From Eledone cirrhosa (Eukaryota), in contig OZ024742.1 in NCBI GenBank assembly GCA_964016885.1, forward strand, positions 171,430,001 through 171,494,000: DNA of 64,000 nt, read 5' to 3'. The position numbers and the translations under genes are program-made. Below are positions 57,797 through 64,000 of the stretch, one piece after another. Under the pieces are notes generated by a model. The model was given only the letters and a program-made list of their open reading frames with translations. It was not told the DNA's origin and made no database searches. Position 1 is the stretch's first letter; each line of letters begins with the position of its first letter.

Positions 57797-58166
57797 GATA
57801 TATATTGTATATATATAGTGTAGAAAGATAGATAGATAGATAAGTATATAGATATATAGATAGATAGTTGACAGCTAGATAGACGCTAAACTGTAGAGAT
57901 ATATACTACAGACATGTATACACAAGCAGAAATCAATGTCTAAATGTAAATATCATACATACTTTGCAAAGGGAACGCAATTTTCCAGTCAATATAAAAA
58001 CACTATTGTCTATGTTTGTGTGTATGTCTGCGTTGTTCCCTGTCTGCATGTAAACCTATGTATATGTTTGTTTTTAAGTGAGTATTAGTAATACTTATAC
58101 GTGTGCCTCTCTACGTATCAAATTGTATCTACTTTCGATTTATTACATCATGTATATATACATATG

Positions 58167-58301
<135 letters not shown>

Positions 58302-58310
58302 GTGTATAAT

Positions 58311-58395
<85 letters not shown>

Positions 58396-58413
58396 ATACA
58401 TATTTATACTCAG

Positions 58414-58450
<37 letters not shown>

Positions 58451-58937
58451 CTTATATGTGCATATAAATGGCGGAATATATAGTGTTTAGAATCTAAATA
58501 TAACTTGTGTACAATTCCAGACGATATATGATGGGGAAATAGTTTGCTAAAATGGATAAATATAAATATAAAAATCAACTTGTGTCATCTATTGTCTCAT
58601 TTTCTGATTTGGAAGAATCCAATTGACTTATTTTCCTGTCTGCTTGTTTAATGGTAGTAGTGGTACTAGTATTGTGTTGATGGATGGTGGTGGATTTTGT
58701 GGTGGGAAGGAAACATTTCGATTTATATTTGGTGAATGGTAGCAGGATAACATCACACTACGCTACTGAGCGGTACTAACATGATTATTGATAATATTGC
58801 AACAAGAAAATACATAATAATAAAGATAATAATAATAATAACAATAATCAAATCAGGGGTAGAAAAATTAGAGAAACGTATTACTCCGCTAAACGAAAGT
58901 ATATATACATACATATAGATATATACATGTAAACACC

Positions 58938-59004
<67 letters not shown>

Positions 59005-59067
59005 ATATTCTAGGCCATTTCAAGTAACAGATATTGAGCACAAGAAACTCTATCTCTCCCCACTATC

Positions 59068-59098
<31 letters not shown>

Positions 59099-59099
<1 letters not shown>

Positions 59100-59423
59100 C
59101 GATATTAATAAATGGAAACTATATTTATAAAACCATATTTATTTCATTATATATATTTCAAGGATACCAAGTTAAATTATGTCATGCCTTCATCAGACAA
59201 AATACAATATATAACAGTTTTATAAATAGACATTGGCGTACCCTTTTAAAAAGTGACCGTTGCTTTTGGAGGTCATCAGGATATAATGAAATAAATATGG
59301 TTTTATAAATATAGTTTCCATTTATTAATATCGTATATCTACTCCAAATATTTGTCGAGTGCTTTATATCAGTTATAAAAATATTTGCTTGTTGTATCCC
59401 AACAATTTAAATAGAACTTTTGC
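59099..59423 (+). mobile_element. Family B inverted pair plus tail; hammerhead 59140-59204 (-)
   Basis: tattttgt-CTGATGA-agg...cctt-GAAA-TATATA-TA-atgaaata on the minus strand; 59099-59153 is inverted at 59281-59334. Confidence 0.8.
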
Positions 59424-59444
59424 ATATATTTATATATATATATA

Positions 59445-60293
59445 TAATATATTTAGAAACACACAGATACATGCGGACACACACATATACATGAATGCAT
59501 CCACATCCAACCGTGAGTTAATGGTGCCAACCTTACCGATGTTGCTCAATGAATGACTGGGACAGACCAATCCGCTTGAACTAGACTGAACCAGTATCAG
59601 AGTTTATGATGTACTGTTTTTGTTTATGCCACGAAACTACGTAGTCGAGGAATCTAGGAGCAGTTTAGGTATGATACATTTTATTACTAATTATATCTAA
59701 ATGTTCCTTCTCTCTTCATAATGTATTTTTAACTCTGATACTGGTTTAGTCTAGTTCAACCGGATTGGTCTGTCCCAGTCATTCATTGAACAACATCGGT
59801 AAGGTTGGCACCATTAACTCACGGTTGGATGTGGATGCATTCATGTATATGTGTGTTTCTAAATATATTGTTCATAACTCCCTCTGGTCGAGTAATCTTT
59901 GAAGTGTGGTGACTGCTGGAAAGCTGCCATTACTCATACTTCTCGCCTCCTTTACCACCTCTTCTACGGCTTCGATATAAATACCCCCTCCGCCTCCGTG
60001 GTATTTTCTTCGGGGTTATAAGAGGCTTAGCTCTGTTTCTCGACCGTTATATCGCGTGACTATCTCCCCCTCCGCCTTTTGGGATTCTTTCTCACGTCGT
60101 GTAGACGCGTTCTTGAAGCTAGTAAAATGAGGTATCCTCTTGATAAGTCGGCAGACCTCGCAAAGGCTCTATATCTTTATGATGTACTGTTTTTGTTTAT
60201 GCCACGAAACTACGTAGTCGAGGAATCTAGGAGCAGTTTAGGTATGATACATTTTATTACTAATTATATCTAAATGTTCCTTCTCTCTTCATA

Positions 60294-60298
<5 letters not shown>
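59445..60298 (+). mobile_element. Family J: inverted arm (59445-59604) plus 573-bp monomer with partial tandem repeat
   Basis: 59603-59725 recurs at 60176-60298; 59445-59604 is inverted at 59730-59870. Confidence 0.8.
60135..60224 (+). ncRNA. Hammerhead with U3-A8 core variant (family J)
   Basis: tcctc-TTGATAA-gtcggca...tgccac-GAAA-CTACGTAG-TC-gagga; GUC cleavage triplet. Confidence 0.72.
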
Positions 60299-60372
<74 letters not shown>

Positions 60373-60374
<2 letters not shown>

Positions 60375-60635
60375 AGAATATATTTCGAAACAGCGAACGG
60401 GTTTGAAATTATTATAAATGCAAGCTATCGCCGTATTTTGACTAAAGAAATTAAATAAATTATTTAGCCTGATAGTGAGGTTAAGAACCCTCGGAGAAAT
60501 GGAATAAGATGAGTATGTACGTCAATACTCATCTTTTTCCATTTCTTCGAGAGTTCTTAACCCCACTATCAGGCTGAATAATTCATTTAATTTCTTTAGT
60601 CAAAATACGGCGATAGCTTACATTTATAATAATAA
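60373..60635. mobile_element. Family K: ~220-bp palindrome (centre ~60519) with short tail on the left; no HHR seen
   Basis: 60410-60515 is the reverse complement of 60523-60633; (TA)n flanks. Confidence 0.7.
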
Positions 60636-60709
60636 TAATAATAATAATATATATATATATATATATAGTTTTGCTAGGTTTTTGATATGAAATCATGTGT
60701 CAAAACAAA

Positions 60710-63443
60710 TATTGTTATACTTGGGGAGGGTCATATTTGTGAAATAATATTGCCAGAATTAATAACAGAACACACTCACAGTTTGGTTGGTTTTCGCTTC
60801 TGTGTCTTTTATATTGGTTAATTTAATTTATTCCTTCCTCAATGTTACCATTGACTGACCAACGGTCAAAAATACAGATATAATATAGACGCAAACATAT
60901 ATATATATAGTCTAACAAAGTTCTTTTGTTGCACATCTGCAACCTCGTCAGTGGTGCTATTATATTTCCTCCTTTTGTATTGTATGCCTACGCCAGCTTT
61001 ATTTAGTTTGTTTATTTATTTATTTATTTATTTATTTATTTTTGTCTTCTTCTCTGCGAATGTGTTTGCGTGTGTGTATAGTGTTTGGTTGAATGTGTAT
61101 TGGTTATTGTTTTCTATCTTAGTTTACTAGTGTGTGTTTATATGTGTTTGTTGTTATTGTGCTTGTATATGTATTTATTTATTTATTTATTTATTTATTT
61201 ATTTTATTTATTTATACTTCTCTTAGGTCAGTTTTGTTTTTTTGGGTGTTGTTATTCCATTCATTTTTTCTCTTTAGCCTTAGCCTTCTAAGTTCTATTT
61301 CGCTGGCCTCTCTGATTTGCCTATCTGCTGGGTCATTTCTATGTTTAGATATTATTTTAAATTCTATGTTGTCTATGTTACCGTCGTGTTGTTGTCTGGC
61401 ATGTTCGTATAGTACTGAACCGTTTTTTCTTCCTTTTAGTTCCCACCAGTGTTTGTCTATCCTTTCACCTATGCTAGGAGCTGTCTCGCCTATTTATGTT
61501 GTTGTCGTGTTTCTGCAAGTACCCTCTGTACATCTTATGCTATAGACTATGTTTCTAATCTTACAGTTTATCCGGGTTTTTACTTTACATATAATACATT
61601 TCCTATTGGTACAGTGGGTTTTCTTAAAAGGGTAGGTTTTGCTGATCAGGGATTTTATGGTGGTTCCTGGCTTTTTTACCACGTTAATCTTTAAGTGGGT
61701 TTTCTCACTGGTTAGCTAATTTCCCTCCAGGGGTAGCGTCCACAAACATGACACTCTGGTATCTCTGGTATCTCCTATCCAAGGTATTCCATGATTTGCT
61801 CCTCTATAATGGGCAACTTCCTTTCATGTCCAGTTCTATGAGGGTCTTATACTTCTCCGTCGCTCCTTCGTATACTCTAATTCTGTCTCTTTCGTTGTAG
61901 CCAGAGAACTGCATGCAGTTGATGAAGTGTTAGATGTGTCTTTCCATTTCTGTTGGGTCGCACATGCGGGACACGTTCTTCATCATTCGTACCAAGTCTG
62001 CGATCAGAATATTAAACTTAGCACTACTGGACATTGCTGAGTTTTTGAGTATCAGTTATTTGGAGGCCATGGGTCTAGCGTAGTGTGAGTGGAGAATTTG
62101 GGCTCTCTCGTCTATAGTGTTAATCCAGAGTGCTGTGTCTAATACAGGCAGTCTATTGTTAGGGTGTTTGGAAGGGTAGTCGATAGTTACAGTTATACTC
62201 TGGTGTATGGAATTAGCTATCTGCTATATTGCTTTCCATTGCGCTACGTTCTAAATCAAACTTGTTAGTACTCTCTTGTGGGGATGTCCTTATTACTATA
62301 TTAATGTCGTCTACGTGACGGGAGTAAATGATGAGGTCTATGGAGCTCTCATCAAGGAGATCTTTGAGTCTCCTTTCCCACCATACCATAAAGAGGTTGG
62401 CAACGTCACCAGCTATGCTGACGCCAATGGCTGCTCCCTCATTTTGGGTGTAGATCTTCTCGTTGAATTTGAATATGTGGCCCTTTAGGGTATATTTGAT
62501 ACTAGCCCCTATTGCATGTGCGACCATTTTTCTTACCTGATCATTGTTTTAGGGGTCTGTATAGCTTTGGTCCACCCAATCTACCTTCCCATGGGAGTTC
62601 TTTTTGCCATTGAGGTTATGGGAGGGGGGATCTAGCTCTTATGTGTACTGGGACAGAAACGTCTAAGGTCATGGCTGTCTACGTAGTCAGTGTCATAGGT
62701 AAGTCTAAGTAGGAGGCCCAGTTCGTCTGTGTCGACGTCGCAGAACTCCACCTCACTCTCAATGATCATCTCCACACATTTTTCCACAGCAAAATCAATG
62801 TTAATGGATGGGTACAATGATACGACATCCATACTGCCTATTATGCAGTTGGATAGGTTTTTGTTTTTGTCGCACTCACTGATTCTGCTGAGGAGGTCCT
62901 CTGTACTGTCACATACATCTGGGGACATCTTGATTATGGGGCGTATAACCATTGAGAGGAAGTAAGAGATCCTGTAGTTGCTAGCTATATTGGCTCCGCA
63001 TACAGGTCTTGTTGGTTGTCCTGTTGTCGGGTCATCGACTGTCTTATGGTCTTTGCGGAGCCCATACAAGTTTGGTATGCTATTGTTAGACGCCTGGAAG
63101 TTGTTGGCAGTGCGTCTGCTTGGCTTTAGAATGTAGGTCCACATCATCATGTGAGCGTTGAGGATTTTCTCTCTCGCCTCATGTATTTGCTGTGCAATCT
63201 CGCTCGTGTTGGTGATGTGGGGTTGCATAGCCTTGATGTAGTTCGGCATGCTGTCTATTGACATCCTACCAGACTTATCCGTGAGTAGACATACTACCTC
63301 ACCATCCCTTGTGTGCTTCTTGAGGCTATGTATGTCTACCCAGGGATAAGTCTGGTAGCATGTCAATAGACAGCATGCCGAAATACATCAAGGCTATGCA
63401 TCGCCACATCACCAACACGAGCGAAATTGCATAGCAAATACAT
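60710..63443 (-). mobile_element. Degenerate PLE of a second lineage, with 3' UTR, decayed HHR (~60915-60953) and 5' fold-back inversion
   Basis: RT and GIY-YIG fragments; ca-CTGACGA-ggttgca gatg tgcaac-aAAA-gaac-TT-tg; 63181-63280 is inverted at 63343-63443. Confidence 0.85.
61212..63340 (-). pseudogene. Disrupted PLE RT + GIY-YIG ORF
   Basis: TDKSG, LYGLRKDHK, RPVC, SMDVVSLYPSI, GAAIG...ANLFM, SRHVDD, CTNRKCIIC...C linker, IVY...*IGET, RQIREA...KNEW; multiple stops and frameshifts. Confidence 0.9.
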
Positions 63444-64000
63444 GGGTTCACATATATATTGACCTGTATCAATCGTTTCTCTCGGTGGCCTGAAGCCATA
63501 CTCCTAGTGGACATAACAGCCGGGTCCGTTGCCCGAGCTTTCATTTCCAATTGGGTTGCTCTGTTTGGTGTTCCTTCTAAAATAACCACGGATCGCGGAT
63601 GACAGTTCGAAGCTTCCTTATTTCGTGAAATATCCCGACTTTTGGGTGCTCATCACATACATACAACCAGCTATCACCCAGCCTCCAACAGAATGGTGGA
63701 GAGGTTTCACAGACAGTTGAAAGCTGCACTACGCGCTACTCCTGATCCGCAACGTTGGACCGAATATTTGCCAATCGTACTTCTTGTTTGTCGTTCTGCC
63801 GTTAAGACAGATTTGGGTTTCTCCTCAGCTGAACTTCTTTATGGTACCACCTTGACTCTTCCCAGTCAAATGCTAGCAGCGGTTGATTCATCGCATCTTG
63901 ACACCAGGATTATTTCTTACTTCTCGGATCTTCCACCAATGAACCCTCATGACCAGTCTATTTCTTCTGCTGTACCATCGGATATCTCTACGTGGACACA
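63444..64000 (+). pseudogene. Ty3/Gypsy LTR-retrotransposon integrase fragment
   Basis: GFTYILTCINRFSRWPEA...FGVPSKITTDRG*QF...TTSYHPASNRMVERFHRQLKAAL...SSAELLYG. Confidence 0.9.

Noticed and set aside
61212-63340. Selenocysteine or readthrough recoding of the second PLE
   Set aside because: Interruptions include TAA/TAG stops and frameshifts, consistent with ordinary decay; no SECIS identified.

Overview
Very AT-rich eukaryotic DNA, intergenic or intronic, saturated with microsatellites ((TA)n, (CA)n, (GA)n, (TATG)n). The SINE families and repeat landscape resemble an octopus or other coleoid cephalopod genome (inference). No host gene can be supported, and nearly all listed ORFs are microsatellite artefacts. 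The real coding content is transposon-derived: one near-complete Penelope-like element (PLE) RT+GIY-YIG ORF (23019-25115, -), several degenerate PLEs from at least two lineages, RTE and CRE LINE 3' ends, a Gypsy integrase fragment and a tandem non-autonomous Helitron inserted in a SINE. The main hidden structure is a dense set of short elements inside (TA)n tracts, from about a dozen apparently unrelated families. About 25 type I hammerhead ribozyme (HHR) motifs can be folded by eye, including U3-A8 core variants and one with a stem II of about 115 nt. Most insertions are head-to-head pairs of one tail-bearing arm and one tail-less arm. The tail-less arm stops at a TA microhomology just 5' of a cross-family RCTC...GAGYRC hairpin, and several pairs join arms from different families. 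All folds and family assignments were made by eye and need computational and biochemical confirmation.
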